From the human T2T-CHM13v2.0 reference genome, Homo sapiens, in the NCBI RefSeq assembly GCF_009914755.1, contig NC_060947.1: DNA of 64,000 nucleotides, one strand, 5' to 3'. The notes beneath the pieces are model-generated. The model was not told where the DNA came from and made no database searches. It was given only the letters and a program-made list of their open reading frames with translations. This document shows, one piece after another, positions 15,001-33,824 of this stretch. Within the stretch, counting starts at the first letter, position 1. Each line of letters begins with the position of its first letter. A program made the position numbers and the translations under genes.

Positions 15001-16519
15001 AGTAGATATCAATAACGATACTTCCTCTGTTTATGACCCCAAACATGCTAAAATGCTAAAGTAATGTTTGCAAAGAATATGAATGACAAATGTTATCCAG
15101 CAGGTTTTTGGCTTAAAATGATTGCCTATGACTAGCAGCTTCAATGGTAGGGAGGAAGAATCCTTCATTACCTAACAATGGTGCAGTCTGCTCCTAAGTG
15201 TCTTTAGAGTACCATGTTTTAATGATAATACTGCATTGATTCTAAAGGCATATGCAGCAAAATGTGGGGAGGGAGAAAAATTGGAAAAAGCATAAAAGTT
15301 ATATGGTTAGTGTCTTTAAAGTTTAAAAATTTAAACTATTGTTTAAAAAAACCTTACATAGTTCACAGCTATCAGCCCATATAGTAAGCAAATATCTGTG
15401 TGGGAAAGGAACCTTCACTTTGGAGTGTTTTTTGTAACTCTGTTTACATTAAAAAGGACAGAAGAATGTTTTGTTGCATTGACAAGGTCCCATTCTTTTC
15501 TATGGAGTACAATCCTTGTTGTCCATGAATCTCTTGAATTCGAGATCTATCCTTTTAATGAAAACACTAATTTTGCTGGGTTTTGAGCAGGAAAGGTGAT
15601 ATTTCTCCAGTCTTTGTAGATAAAGGTCCTGTGACGTTATAACCCCTCATTTCTCCCTTTAAGAGAGGATGGCTTTAGAGTGCTGAATACCAATGAAGTC
15701 ATCAGTGCTGAAAGACCTTCTCATAGGGCTCTCCACAAGTCTTTGTCTTCACACAATCTAGAAATAGCCTCTAGGTTCTGTGCTCTTTTTTTGCTAAGAG
15801 GAGCAAATAGAAAATTCAGGTTATTGTCATCTGCTAAGGAGCGAAGATCAAAGTAGTATTTGGCATAAACACTGGCAGGAACATTAAGATTAAACTGAAG
15901 AAGCATCAAAAAATGCCTTTCCATTTCATTCATGTCCTCACCTGTAATGTCCTTGAAGATCTGGCAGTAGTCCATATTCCATACAGCCTGATGGTTCCAA
16001 ACCTTGGAGGCAAGAATGGCTCGCAGACCAATCCTTTTCCAGTTAGTGGGACAAATGTTGGTTTCAGCATAAGTTAAAAGCTTTTCTAAGTAAACCAAAG
16101 TTACTATTGCACATTCAGCTGTTAGCTGTGCAGCACTAAAAGGAGTATGAACAAATCTGTAAATAAATTTGTGCTCAGGATCATGCTTAAACTATTCTTC
16201 TGGAACTTTTTCTCGTGTAAGTGGATGTGATCTCTCATCAAAAATATCCAGGGATCTATTTGCATCTCTGTTCTTTATGTGGTGATATATTGCTAAGGTC
16301 ACACATTTTACTGTGGTTCTAAGGTTAGGCTGGTTGACTGTGCTGTCATATAGAAATATTGTTGAGCATGAGCTATACTTTTTAGTAAGCTGCCCTGGAG
16401 ATACATGGTTTAAATGGTTGCTCTTCCTCTTTTCTCTCACATCCGTTTGAGATTTGCGCAGGAAAATTGTGCTTGCCCTTGGATGGTCAGAAGGGTTTGA
16501 CTCCAATGCTAAATCTTTG

Positions 16520-16940
16520 GGCATCTCGCGGTCGCTGATGTGCTGCAGGTGGTGGCCCTCGCCTTCTCCGAAATCAAACTCGGGAGGCTCCGCAGCAGCA
16601 GGCGCTACCGCCACCTCGTCCCCGGACGCCGCCTCGTAGATGTCGGACGCGGGGATCCGGCGCGCCGGCCCAGCTTGGGGCTGGCATTGAGGGACACGCA
16701 ACAAGTCAGCGTGTTCCCCATGGGGCGCCTCCGCCCCTCTCCGCCGCCTCTGGCGCCTTCGCTTGCGCCCTACTCTGCCTCGCTCAGCAGCAGCCCCCTC
16801 CCCCAACAATGGCGCGGGGACACTGAGCAAGCAGAGGCCACCTCGCCCAGGGCTCACCCGCCCGCCCCGCGGCCCTGCTCCGCCAGGGCTCGGTCCTGCG
16901 CCACACCCCAGCCGCCACGCTGCCTCCGCCTCCGGTGAGC
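16520..16940. promoter_or_regulatory. CpG-rich segment derived from the CCNYL1 5'UTR and first coding region
   Basis: High GC and many intact CpGs (e.g. ccggcgcgccggcc, ccgccgcc) in an otherwise CpG-poor window. Function not shown. Confidence 0.55.
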
Positions 16941-17858
16941 TGACTTGTCTGCCAAGAGAACACTTATATACTGTTGGTGGGAGTTCAGCCATTGTGGAAA
17001 GCAGTGTGGTGATTCCTCAAAGAGCTAAAAACAGAACTACTATTAAACCCAGTAATCCCATTACTGGGTATATACTCAAAACAATATAAATACTTCTACC
17101 ATAAAGACACATGCATGTGTATATTCACCCCAGCACTATTCACAATACCAAAGACATGGAATCAACCTAAATGCCCATCAATGACAGACTGCATAAAGAA
17201 AATGTACATATAAACCATGGAATAATATGCAGCTATAAACAAGAATGAGATCATGTCCTTTGCAGGAACATAGATGGTGCTGGAGGCCATTATCCTTGGC
17301 AAACTAATGCATGAACAGCAAACAAAACACCACATGCCCTCACTTATAAGTGGGAGCTAAAAGATTCAAACACATGGACATAGAGAGGGGAACAACGGAC
17401 ACTGGGGCCTACTTGAGGGTGGAGGGTGGGAGAAGAGAGATGATCAGGAAAAATAATTATTGGGTACTAAGCTTAGTACGTATGTGATGGAATAATCTTT
17501 ACAAAAAAAGTGACACAAGTTTACCTACATAACAAACTTGCACATGTACCCCTGAACCTAAAATAAAAGTTTTTTTTTTTTTTTAATGAATTTCATGAGA
17601 AGTAAAGGAGGAGGCCTAGCCTGGCAACTATTTGGTGTCATGATATCTGGGGACTTTAACTAATCACGGTTCAAAGTAAGACAACAAAATATTGTTGCTA
17701 TGTTGCTGCTAAAAAGAAATTGGAATGTCAGAAAGACCATTTTAGATTTGATGTTAGGATGCAAGGCAAGTTGCAAAATCAGGGAATGAGAAATAGTGTA
17801 GGTGAGGGTGTGTGTGCGTGCAGGTATCTTAAGACCAAGGTAGGATGGTGTAGGTTGG

Positions 17859-18399
17859 TGTATTAGTCCGTTTTCACGCTGCTGATAAAGACAAACCTGA
17901 GACTGGGCAATTTACAAAAGAAAAAGGTTTAATTGGACTTACAGTTCCACGTGGCAGGGGAAACCTCACAATCATGGCAGAAGGCAAGGAGGATCAAGTC
18001 AGATCTTACATGGACAGCAGTAAGCAGAGAGAATGAGGAAGACGCAAAAGCAGAAATCCCTGATAGAATCATCAGATTTGTGAGACTTATTCACTACCAT
18101 GGGAACAGTATGGGGGAAACCACCCCCGTGATTCAATTGTCTCCCACTGGGTCCCTCCCATAACATATGGCAATTATGGGAGTACAACTCAGGATGAGAT
18201 TTGGGTGGGGACACAGAGCCAAACCATATTATTCCACCCCAGCCCCTGCCAAATCTCATGTCCTCACATTTCAAAACCAATCATGCCTTCCCAACAGTCC
18301 CCCAAACTCTTAACTCATTTCAGCATTAACCCAAAATTCCACAATTCAAAGTCTCATCTGAGACAAGGCAAGCTCCTTCCACCTATGAGCCTGTAAAAT
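17859..18399 (-). mobile_element. THE1 MaLR LTR (17859-18231) plus internal fragment
   Basis: tgtattagtccgttttcacgctgctgataaagac...gagccaaaccatatta, followed by THE1-internal sequence. Confidence 0.88.
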
Positions 18400-18690
18400 C
18401 TGCAGAGAGGTGAACTAACATTTGTACAGCTACTTTTTCTTTGTGGGTATTTTCTGCTTTCTGGTTTGCAGTAGGCTGAAAACACAGACATGGCCCCAGT
18501 CAGAAGGCTGCTGCTGAGAGTTAGAGAAACCAACAGAGCTTTTGGTAGTGCCTTGGTGCTGGAGAAACAAAACAGGAGAATATGGCAGAGCACAGTTACA
18601 TGAGAAAGGCAGAGAGCTGAGCCTATGAATAGCTGGTTTTTGCCTTAAGATGGTTGCCAAATTCTGGAGCTCAGAAGGCTAAAAAGCTAA

Positions 18691-20300
<1,610 letters not shown>

Positions 20301-20934
20301 ACTTTTGAAAGTAAAGTGCCATTAAACTGTGTCGAGTCAAGTATTAAAATTCTGGACCCATCAAGGGTAAACATGCCAAATTCTCCATTGGAAACCCTGG
20401 AGAGCTAACATTCCAAAAACCAGAGGTATTCTGGTTTACCGTGAAAGAGAAAGAGAAAAAATAGCCAATAGAAACAAAACAGACCCATAGATGTTTCAGA
20501 TATTATTGTTATCAGACAAGGACTTTTAAATAATTATGATTAATATGTTCACAAAAATAGAAAAGAAAAAGAAAAAAGATAGCTAAAATAAGGAGAACTC
20601 CAGAGAGCTAAAATCTATTTAAAAGAACCAGATGGGAATTCTAGAAGGAAAAGAGCACACAAATTGAAATAAAGATCTCAACAGATAGATTTAAGAGCAG
20701 CTTAGACCATGTAAAAGAAATGATTAGTAAACCAAAAGACATAAATATACCTCTCTCAATAGCTAGCAAAATAAGTAGACAAAAAGCTGGTAGTTGAGAT
20801 GAGAAAGTTTGATAGGTGATAGTCTGAGCAGATGATCATTGGAAGTGTAATAAGGTATAGTATATGTGGGGTTGCTGGAGATGGGAGGTTGGGTAGGAGA
20901 GCTGGCAAAGAGATAGGCAGGACTTCAGTCTTAG

Positions 20935-21180
20935 AGGGAGCATAGCAGAGTGGAAGTCATATGTGGGTTCAAATCCCAGCCTTATCACTTCAAGGTTATG
21001 AGACCTTGGGCACCTTTCTTAACCTTGATTTCTTCATTTGTAAAATGAGGCTTAGAGTATTACCTACTTTAGAGGGTTGTTGTAAAAATCAAATTTAAAT
21101 GAGACAATGCTTGTAAAGTGTGTAGATGGTGACAAGGCCCATAGAAGTTGCTTGACAAATAGTAGCTGCTAACATTAGAT
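20935..21180 (+). mobile_element. MIR
   Basis: gggttcaaatcccagc...gaccttgggc...tttcttcatttgtaaaatgagg core. Confidence 0.75.
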
Positions 21181-22240
21181 GGCCTGGTATACTATGTAAG
21201 TTAGTAGTGTAAGGATTTAGATATCAAGAGACAGGCAAAACTGTTTTCTGCCTAACTTTCCTATTTAACTCCCCATCTAACCTTCTATTTCAGGAGATAT
21301 AGGGAAAACTGGGACATAGAGGGAAACCTCATCCTTTTCTTCCATAAATCTGGCTTCTCATCTTTGTGGGCACAGAGTGTAAGAAGCAGTTTATGACCCA
21401 ATATCATTTTTTGCTGGCTTTCAAAGGAACCAGGATAGAGGATAGGACCATGTGCCAGACCTTCTTTTCCAGGGACCCTTCTCTGCAAGCTGCAGGCTTT
21501 CTGGTTGACTCACTTGGTTTCTATGGGGATAGGGGTCTTGCTAAGGAGAAAGCCAGAGCACCCTGTGGCTAGAATCAGCTCCTGTTTCTGATTCTGCAGT
21601 ACCAGGTGGGGGACTCCACTAAATGCTGCAGTGTGAGGTTGGGTTACAGTAGTTTGTTTCTGCTCTAACTCAATGGATTCCATGTTTTCTGAAGAGAGGT
21701 TCTGAGGTTTCATATTTTTGTAGGATTTTTTGACAAAGGCAAAGATAGCAGACGTGAAGTAGGGGCCTCTTTTCTCAGGCCAGGTTAAACATCCTCTCAG
21801 CTTCAGGACATGACACCAGACTTGATTTTGTCAATCACTTTGACAAAGAGCCTGGTTTCTACAAGGACAGACTTTCTGAGAAGAGTGTGAATATGTTTAC
21901 AGGTATTCTGTGATTATGTTTATCATTCACAATTAGCTTAAAAGGCATACTAAATACCTAGAATTATTGGGAGTAAACTTGCAAAATCAAAATATTACTA
22001 TGCCTTTATGATCCAAACAAAAAAAAATAATAATTCCATTAGTAGTTGCAAATTTTAATAACATTGATTGAGTATACATTTTGCTTCTAAGGATATGAAA
22101 ACACATGGATGATAAATAAAAATTACACATGTTCTTGGGAAGACTTTGTATTGCTGTGACTAATGCACAAACATTAATTCCATGACTGGTTAAAAATCAC
22201 ATCTATTCTCTCAAAAATAATTTCCTTTGTAGACTTTTAG

Positions 22241-25200
22241 GAAAATGGTGGATAGGAGGCAAGATGCAGGTTTCATTTGGATGGACAGAAGAGCATGTAG
22301 ACTTTTGCTCCAAGAACTACTGCAGGAGCATACCTGGAAAACCAAAGAATTCGTAGACCCTTTAAAAGAAGCAGTGTGCTGTTGAAAACTCCGAGAAAGA
22401 GCTGAAAAACTGAGTGCCCAAAGTGTGAAAGAGGGAAAGTCTGCCTCTGAACACACATCCTCAATGGGGAGCCTGAAAATCCAGATCACAGGAGAAGGAT
22501 TTAACCTTACCTAGAACTGAAACAAATTTAGAGAGCCAAGCAAAATATAAAAGTAGAAGAAGCAGTGGAAAGGGCCCTGTAGGCACTCCTGGCCCCCAAG
22601 GAAGCCCAGGGAACCCATTTCTGATGTTATCTCACAGGGGTTTTTGGGGAGGGTGCCAGTGAAATTGGGGAAAGATCACAGGGAGAAGGAAACTTCCAGC
22701 TGAACTTTGTAATAATTTTGACCAAGCACAAATTTTCCAGGGCAGAATCCGGGAGTGGGGGTGAACAAGAAATGCAGATATGAGCACAGAAGCCACAGTG
22801 GGGAGGGGCAAAGCTGAAAGCCCTGTTTGCTTTCTCAGCAAGAAAATCCCTGTTTGCTTTCTCAACAAGGATGCTTGTAGCCTGGCTCAAGTTCCAAGCC
22901 CTGCTCACCGGCTGCCTGGATATAAACTTGTGCTGTTGGGGGAGTGTGGCAGAAGTAAGATTGGCCTTTCTGTCTGAGTAGGAGCTGGGTGAGGCCTGTC
23001 ACTGCTGGCTTTCCCCTACTTCCCTGGTGACCTGTATAACACAACAGAGGCAGCCATAATCCCCTGGGAACATAACATCATCTGCCTGGGAAACACACCC
23101 CCATCCCCCATAGTGGCTGCAGCAAGCCCCACTCAAGAAGAGTCTAAGGTTAGATATGCCTAACCCTTTCCCCACCTGATGGTCTTTCTCTACCCACGCT
23201 GGTAGCCAAAGACAAGAAACATAATCTCTTGGGAGCCGTATGGCCCCATGCAACACCTAAGAAACCCAAGTACTTATCCAGGCAACCCTAGGGTAAGCTT
23301 GTATCCTCTCTATACTACCACAGCTGATGCTCTCTTTTGAAAGTGCCACTTCCTAGCTTGGGAACAACCAACTTAAACCACTACAGCAACTCATAACAGA
23401 ACAAACCTGCCCCATGAGAAGAGAAATCAACAGCTAATCCCACCGCCTGTAACATCCTGGCTAGCCAGAGGTCCTGAGGCTATCCACATGACAATTTTAC
23501 AGCCAGCACAACCAGCAGTTGAGAAAAACAGCACACTAAACAAAACTACAGTCAAGGTCCCACACAGAGTCCACTTCACTCCTCTGTTACCTCCGCTGGA
23601 GTAGGTGCCTGTCTCCACAACTGAGAAACCTGAAGATGGATCACATCACAGAACTTTTTGCAGACACTCCTCAGTACCAGCCCAGTGCCTGATAGCTCCA
23701 TTGGTGGATAAACCCAGAAGAGAAATAACAATCATGGCAGTCAGGCTCTCAGGAAGCCCCATCCCTAGAGAAAGGGAGAGAGCATCACAACAAGGGAGCA
23801 CTCTGTGGGACAAAAAAATATGAACAGTAGCCCTTGAACCCCAAATCCTTCCTCTGATATAGTCTACTTAAATGAGAAGGAACCAGAAAAACAATTCGGG
23901 TAATATGTCAAAGCAATGTTCCTTAACACCCCTAAAAGATCACACTAGCTCACCATCAATGGGTCCAAACAAATAATGAAACTTTGAATTGCCAGATGAA
24001 TAATTCAGAAGGTGAATTATTAAGCTACTCAAGGAGGCACAAGAGAAAGGTGAATACCAACTTAAAATTTTTTTTTAGTGTTAGAGGATATGAATAAAAA
24101 ATCTCCAGAGAAATAGATAGCACAAATAAAAAACAATCACAACTTCTGGAAATGAAGGACACACTTAGAGAAATGCAAAATGCAAATTAAAGTCTCAATA
24201 ATAAAATTTAAAAAATAGAAGTAAAAACTTTAGAGCTGGAAGACAAGGTTTTGAATTAACCAAATCTGACAAAGATAAAGAAAAAAGAATTTAAAAAAGT
24301 AAACAAATCTTCCAAGAATTTTGAGATTATGTTAAATGACCAAACCTAGGAATAACTGGTGTTCCTGAGGAAGAAGAGAAATCTAAAAGTTTGAAAAAAC
24401 ATATTTGAGGGAATAATTGAGGAAAACTTCCTTGGCCTTGCTAGAGATCTAGACATCCAAATACAAGAAGTTCAAAAACACCAAGAAAATATATTGCAAA
24501 AAGATTATTGCCTAGGCACATAGTTATCAGAGTATCTAAAGTCAAGATGAAGGAAAGAATCTTAAGAGCTGTGAGGCAAAAGTATCAGGTAACCTATAAA
24601 GTAAAACTAATCAGATTAACAGCTGATTTCTCAGCAGAAATCCTACAGGCTAGAAGGGATTGGGGTCCTATCTTTAGCCTTAAACAAAACAATTGTCAGT
24701 CAAGAATTTTGTATTCAGTGAAACTAAGCTTCAAAAATGAAGGAAAGACACAGTCTTTTTCAGACAATGCTGAGAGAATCTGCCGCTACCAAGCCAGAAC
24801 TACAAGAACTGCTAAAAGGACCTCTAAATCTTGAAACAAAAACTCAAAATACACGAAAATAGAACATTCTTAGTCAAAATACACAAAAATAGAACCTTCT
24901 TAGAGCATAAATCTCACAAGACCTATAAAACAATAACACAATAAAAAAAACTGAAAGGTATTCAGGCAACAACTAGCATGATGAATAGAATAGTGCCTCA
25001 CATCTCAGTACTAATGCTGAATGTAAATGGCCTAAATGCTCCACTTAAAAGATACAGAATAGCATAATGGATAAGAATTCACCAACCAAATATCTGCTTT
25101 CTTCAAGAGCCTTACTTAATATATAAGGATTTATATAAACTTAAGGTAAAGGGGTGGAAAAAGATATTCCATGCAAATGGACGCCAAAAGCAGTAGCTAT

Positions 25201-25465
25201 TCTTATATCAGACAAAACAAACTTTAAGGAACAACAGTTAAAAAAGACAAAGAGGGATATTATATAATGATAAAAGGTCTATCACAATCTAAATATATAT
25301 GCATCTAACACTGCAGCTACCAGATTTATTAAACAATTACTGCAAGACCTAAGAACTGAGATAGATGGCAACACAATAATAGTGGGGGACTTCAATACTC
25401 CACTGACAGCAGTAGACAGGTAATCAACACAGAAAGTCAACAAAGAAACAATGAACTTAAACTGA
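22241..25465 (+). mobile_element. L1PB-type 5' half (5'UTR, ORF1, start of ORF2)
   Basis: aaaatggtggataggaggcaag start; ORF1 from atgagaaggaaccag (~23872); ORF1 fragment 24508-24834; ORF2 endonuclease start ~24978, ending abruptly at ~25465. Confidence 0.85.
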
Positions 25466-26599
25466 ATCCTGGCCTACTTTTGAGAGTTGTGGTTTCAACG
25501 TTACAAATTTCAGATCCCTTGTATTTCTATTTGGGTCTGTGTAGTTTGTGTGTCACTCAGAGGCCACTCTGAAAGTCTGGATGGCATTCCATACTTTGGT
25601 TCAGTTCTCATACATTTTAGATCTTGATTCTGATCAGTTTCATGTTGGGATCTGTCAGGTGTCTGCCCAGTACTTCCTATGCAGGTTTAAAGAGTGTCCA
25701 TTTCTTTTCCTAGATTCTCCTCTTACTCTCTAGTTGTAAAAGTGAGGGGCATTGCTATCACCACTGAACAGGGGTGAGAGTCCAAACTCTTCACTATGTT
25801 TCCTCTGACAATGAGTTATTACAGCTGGGGGGCACCACCCTGGGTCATCTACTGCTTCCAGTTGGGGGAAAGGAGATGGACGTTCTGTTCCTTCTCTATT
25901 GACACTGCTGGCATGGGAGGAAAGCACCTGAGCCTGCCTGCTGCTATTGGGTGGAGTATAGGAGTTAGAACTCCCTGTTTGTGTGTGCTGGCACCCTCCT
26001 AGCAGAGGGAGAAAGAGCTCACCTGGGCTTGCCTGCTGACTAGGTGAAGAGTGGGAAATAATACTTTCTATCTGATCTCTGCTGGCACTGAAAAAAAGAG
26101 GATTGTCCACTGTGTTACGCTGTTGTAAGGCTGGTATTGTTAAAAAAAAAAAAAAAAGGGGTTTCTATCCTGCTTTGCTGTTCCCTTCCCTTTCCTTTGG
26201 CTAGAGAGAACAATCCTTTCTTTAGTCTTAACAAAATCTATTCTTACAAAAAATAGACCACAACATATATCTTACAACAACAACAACAACAACAAAATCT
26301 ATTACTGTTGGAAGTTCTTGGTTGCAGTGCCCAGCCTGGGATACATAGAAGATACAAAAAAAAAAAAAAAAAATTCAGGGAATTCACTGCATTGTCATTC
26401 ATCAAGACTGAAATATCTAGTCAGTCTGCCTTCCTCTTTTCAACTTTCTGAGTTCTTTTATAATTGTCTGTTGTGTTACTTCCAGGTTTTTAAGTGTAGT
26501 AATAGGGAAAGATCAGAGAAATGTGAGTTTATGTTATTTTGATGAGAACCAAAAGCATAAAATTATTTCATTTAAAATCTTTTCAAATGTTGCTTCAAT

Positions 26600-26825
26600 A
26601 CAGGCTATATGGTATAGTGGTTAAGAGCATGGATTCTAGAACCAGACTGCCTGGATTTAAGGAAGTCCTGGCTCTGCCACTTACTAGATGTGTAACCTTG
26701 TGAAAGTTATTTAACCTTTCTCTTTCTCAGTTTTTACATCTATAAAATGAATAATAATAGTACCTACTCCATAGACTTTCTAGGGGATTGAGTTAATATA
26801 TGTAAAGTGCTTAGAACAGTGTCAT
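26600..26825 (+). mobile_element. MIR
   Basis: atagtggttaagagcatggattctagaaccagactgcctgg...ctctgccacttactag...aaagtgcttagaacagtg. Confidence 0.85.
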
Positions 26826-28006
26826 AGAAGCTACAATTCTTGCATCCCATATTCCTGTTGAGAAGTTTGAGTTTAATCTGATTCTTGTTCCTTTGGAGAT
26901 GAGCTTTTTTTTTCTTTAGCTAGCTTTTACATTTTTTCTCTTTCTTTTTAATGTACTTAAATTTTACTACAATGTGTTCAGATGTTTTTCTTTATGTCCC
27001 TATTGAGCACTTTGATCGCTATTCATCTGTGGTCTCTTTTCTAGATTCCAGGAAAATGTTTCCTCGTTATTTATTATAATAATTTCTCCTTTTTGCCTCT
27101 TATTTTAATACTCCTATTATCTGAGAAAATCAGTCTGTCTAATACGGAGGATAGAAGTGTGAGAAGCTATATTAGGAAACATTAGTCTAGGTGAGAGTTG
27201 ATGAGGGCCTGACCTATGCATAATGGTGGGGCATGGATGAGAGTGACAGTGGATGTAAGGGAATTATGAGGAGAGAGAAGGAGAATAAGGAGAGGATCAG
27301 TCTATGTGCTGTATGCTTGGACCACTGGGAGTTTGAGAGGACCATTAAAGAACACAAAAGTCTGAAAGCAGTGCCAATGATGGGGATAGAAGAGGACTTG
27401 TGAAGCCTTTGAATATACTTTTATTTCCATCCCAGCTTGACAGAACTGTCCGGAGCCAGTTTCAATGACATTATGTGGCTGAGAACTGGGAATCCTGGAT
27501 TTACTCCTCTGTGCCCAACACTCTTCTATTCTGTGGAAAAGGCAAACATAGTTTGATCACTGCAAGTCTGAATTCTCCTATGCTAAATGTGTTTCCCACT
27601 TCCAACCAACCACTCTACCAATTATATAACCATTCTTTACCTCACCCCTGTGCACTTCTTTTTATTCCCCAAAGTACTGTTATACACAACCCCTCATTAT
27701 CACTTCTTATCAGTAATTATCCTCATTACACAGATGAAGAGCAGAGGCATGAAGAAATAAAGTTTCCTATCCAAGATCACACAACACATTAGTTATTATG
27801 TTGAATCTTCAGCCACATCCTAGCTGAGTATGTTTATCTCACATGTCCCTATTTAAAATAAAATATACATCACCAAGTTGGCCAGCAAATACTGGCTAAT
27901 ATGTCATTGAGCCCATACTCTGTGCCAGGGGTCCTGTAGTAGCTCTTAAATGTATTACATCATTTAATCCTTGCAATAGTCCTAGATAGTAGTATTAATA
28001 TCCTCA

Positions 28007-31380
<3,374 letters not shown>

Positions 31381-32155
31381 TATCCATAATAAAATTATAG
31401 AGTCTGGACTACTGGTTTTCAGACCTGGCTCTGCCACTAGAATTAAAATGTGCTATGTGACCCTGGGCCTTCTTCCTCTTCTGTAAGATGCAGATTTTGA
31501 ACCAACTGGACACTATGGTCTCTTCTAGCAACTAGCCTGTAGTCAAACTGAACAATGGCCATTTCCTACCTGAAACCAAAGTGCCATTCTTGAAGCTGTG
31601 GAAACCATTCTGGAAATACCTGTGGTCTACACACTTTATGGGGTAGGGTGGGTGGGGGACACTGGATGCAGAGCAGCTACTCCAAACTTAGCCCCTTTCT
31701 CTCTCTTACCTACTTTCTAGTCATGCATGCTTCCAGTTCCAGTCCGTAGAAGGATGAAATGGGCCGGCCTCACCCCTATAGAAGAAGCCAGGTTCTACTA
31801 GGGAGCCAGTAGGCATCTGGCACAACAGAAAGGCAGAAAAAGAAGCAAGCCAGCTCCACCAGTATGCCGTTCCATGGTACCCTAAGCCAGGTTCAGGCCC
31901 TGCAGCCCTGTGTGGTCCACTTGCCTACCCAACCACAACTGGTGAGATTCTTTGCTAGCTAGCACCCAACAGTTCCAAAAGGATGCCCAGGATTCAGAGT
32001 GAGTTGGATACTCCCTTTGCCCATTTAAAATGGACCCTTAAAGACCCTTACATACTCTAGCAAGAGAATGGGTTTTTAACCTCTCTAAGGGTCCTTATGG
32101 TCTGAGGTTTTAAATTGCTGAGAAGGCCACCATCAGATAGCAGAGCGGAGCATGT

Positions 32156-33824
32156 CAAACCTTGCATTGCAGGCATTGACTTGTGCTCTTTCTTGCTCCA
32201 TTGCCTGAGCAGATGCCTGTGAGGGTTCCCTGGCTGGTTCCATCTATCAACTCAACTTGGAGGAGAAGGCTTTTTGGTGCCTCAGACCCATCTCTGTGGA
32301 TGAGCTGGACATGATTGACTTGACCTGCAGAATGACAGAAACGTGAGTGTTTGTGGTTCAGTGCTGGCTGGCTTGATTCCTTGGGGCATGCAATAGGTTC
32401 TGATGGTGACAGTGCTGTGGTGACTGGCATAGCCTGTACATTTGTTGGCTCAGGCTGCTTTTCAGGTGGCTTGGGCTGTGGCTTGGTTGGCTCACCCAGT
32501 TTATGCTGTTCCTGCTCTACTCCTCAGTTGGTTTGGCCTGAGCGTCAGTCACCTCAGCTGGTATCTTAGATACTTCGGTCTGCAGCTCAGCATGCTCTCT
32601 GGTCTGCTCTTCAGCTGACTTAGCCTGTGCCTGGCCCAGCTCAGTCTATACCTCACTGAGTTCACCCTGAATCTTATGGGGGTTCAGCCTGCTTCTTTGC
32701 CTGGACTTCAGTCAGCTCCACCTGTGCCTCTGCCTGATTCTTACATGGCTCAACTTCCTTCCTGAGTGGTTGAGCCTGCTTGTTGGCTGGTATGGCCTGT
32801 TCCTCATATGGCTCAGCTTGTTCCTTGGCTGGTTCAGCCTGTGCCTCAGCCTGCTTTTTATCAGGCTTGGCCTGCTTTTTGGCTTGTTGAGTCTGTACTT
32901 TAGCTGGCTTGACGTGTGTCTCAGCCTGTTCCTTGGATGCCTTGGCCAGTGCCTCAGTTTGCACCTGGGATGGTACAGACCGTACTTACACCCTGGATAA
33001 CTTGGCTTGTGCCTCAGCCTGTTTATTGGCATTTTGGGATTGCTTCTTGGCTAATTTGACCTGTTCTGCTACCTGGTCTTTAGCTGGTTCCTGGGCTGGT
33101 TTGATCTGTTATCCAGCAGATTCTGTTTGCTTCTTTGGCAGTTTCCACCTGTGCCTCAGGCTACCCCTGGGCCTGCTGCTCAGCTGCTTTGGCCTGTGAC
33201 TTAGGCTGCTTATCAGCTAGCTGGGCTTGTTTCTCAGCTACGTTGGCCTGCTCCTTGGCTACTTCAGTCTGTTCCTCAACCTGCACCTCCCATAGTTTGA
33301 CCCATAACTCAGTGGGTTCAGCCTGCACCTTGACTGGCTTGGCCTGTGACTCAGCTGGTTCAACAAGTGCCGGGGCTAGTTTGACCTTTGCCTTGGGTGA
33401 GTTCACCTGTACCTCAGTCAGTTCAGACAGCACCAGAGCCAGCTTGACTTTTGCCTTAGGTGACTTAGCCTGTACCTCAACTGGTTCGGTTAGTGCCAGG
33501 GCCATATTGGCTTTTGCATTGGCCTTTGTCTTAGCTTTGTGGTTAGCTTGGTTAGCTTGAACTGCATCTGGGCCAGCGTGGCTTTTGCCTCAACTGGTTC
33601 AACCTGTGCTTCCATAGGCTCAGCTTGTGCATTGGCCATCTCCTGGGCAAGTTCAGTCTGCATCTCTGCTGGCTGAGCCTGCTTCTTGATCTCCTGGGCT
33701 GGCTTGACCTGTGCCTCTGTCTGGGTGGGCGGGGCCTCCACTTTAGTGTCCTTCTGGGCCTCTGCTTCTTTGTCTTCCTCCTCCCGAAGCTGAAACTCAT
33801 GAAATCCTTTGATGGTCTTCAGCA
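32156..33824 (-). pseudogene. Candidate exon with Gln/Ala/Lys/Glu/Pro heptad repeats (degraded)
   Basis: Acceptor cttcatttgcag| at 33825-33826; ORF pieces 33490-33825, 33161-33505, 32674-32964 with 7-aa periodicity (KQAEAQA EPAKEQA EPYEEQA IPANKQA), separated by frameshifts. Confidence 0.72.

Noticed and set aside
16192-16992. 266-aa ORF as a functional cyclin Y-like CDS
   Set aside because: It starts in flanking L1 sequence, is out of frame with the native ATG, and stops before most of the cyclin box.
31700-31950. Small exon-like segments with AG/GT signals downstream of the heptad exon
   Set aside because: No recognisable homology or consistent frame; cannot be supported from sequence alone.
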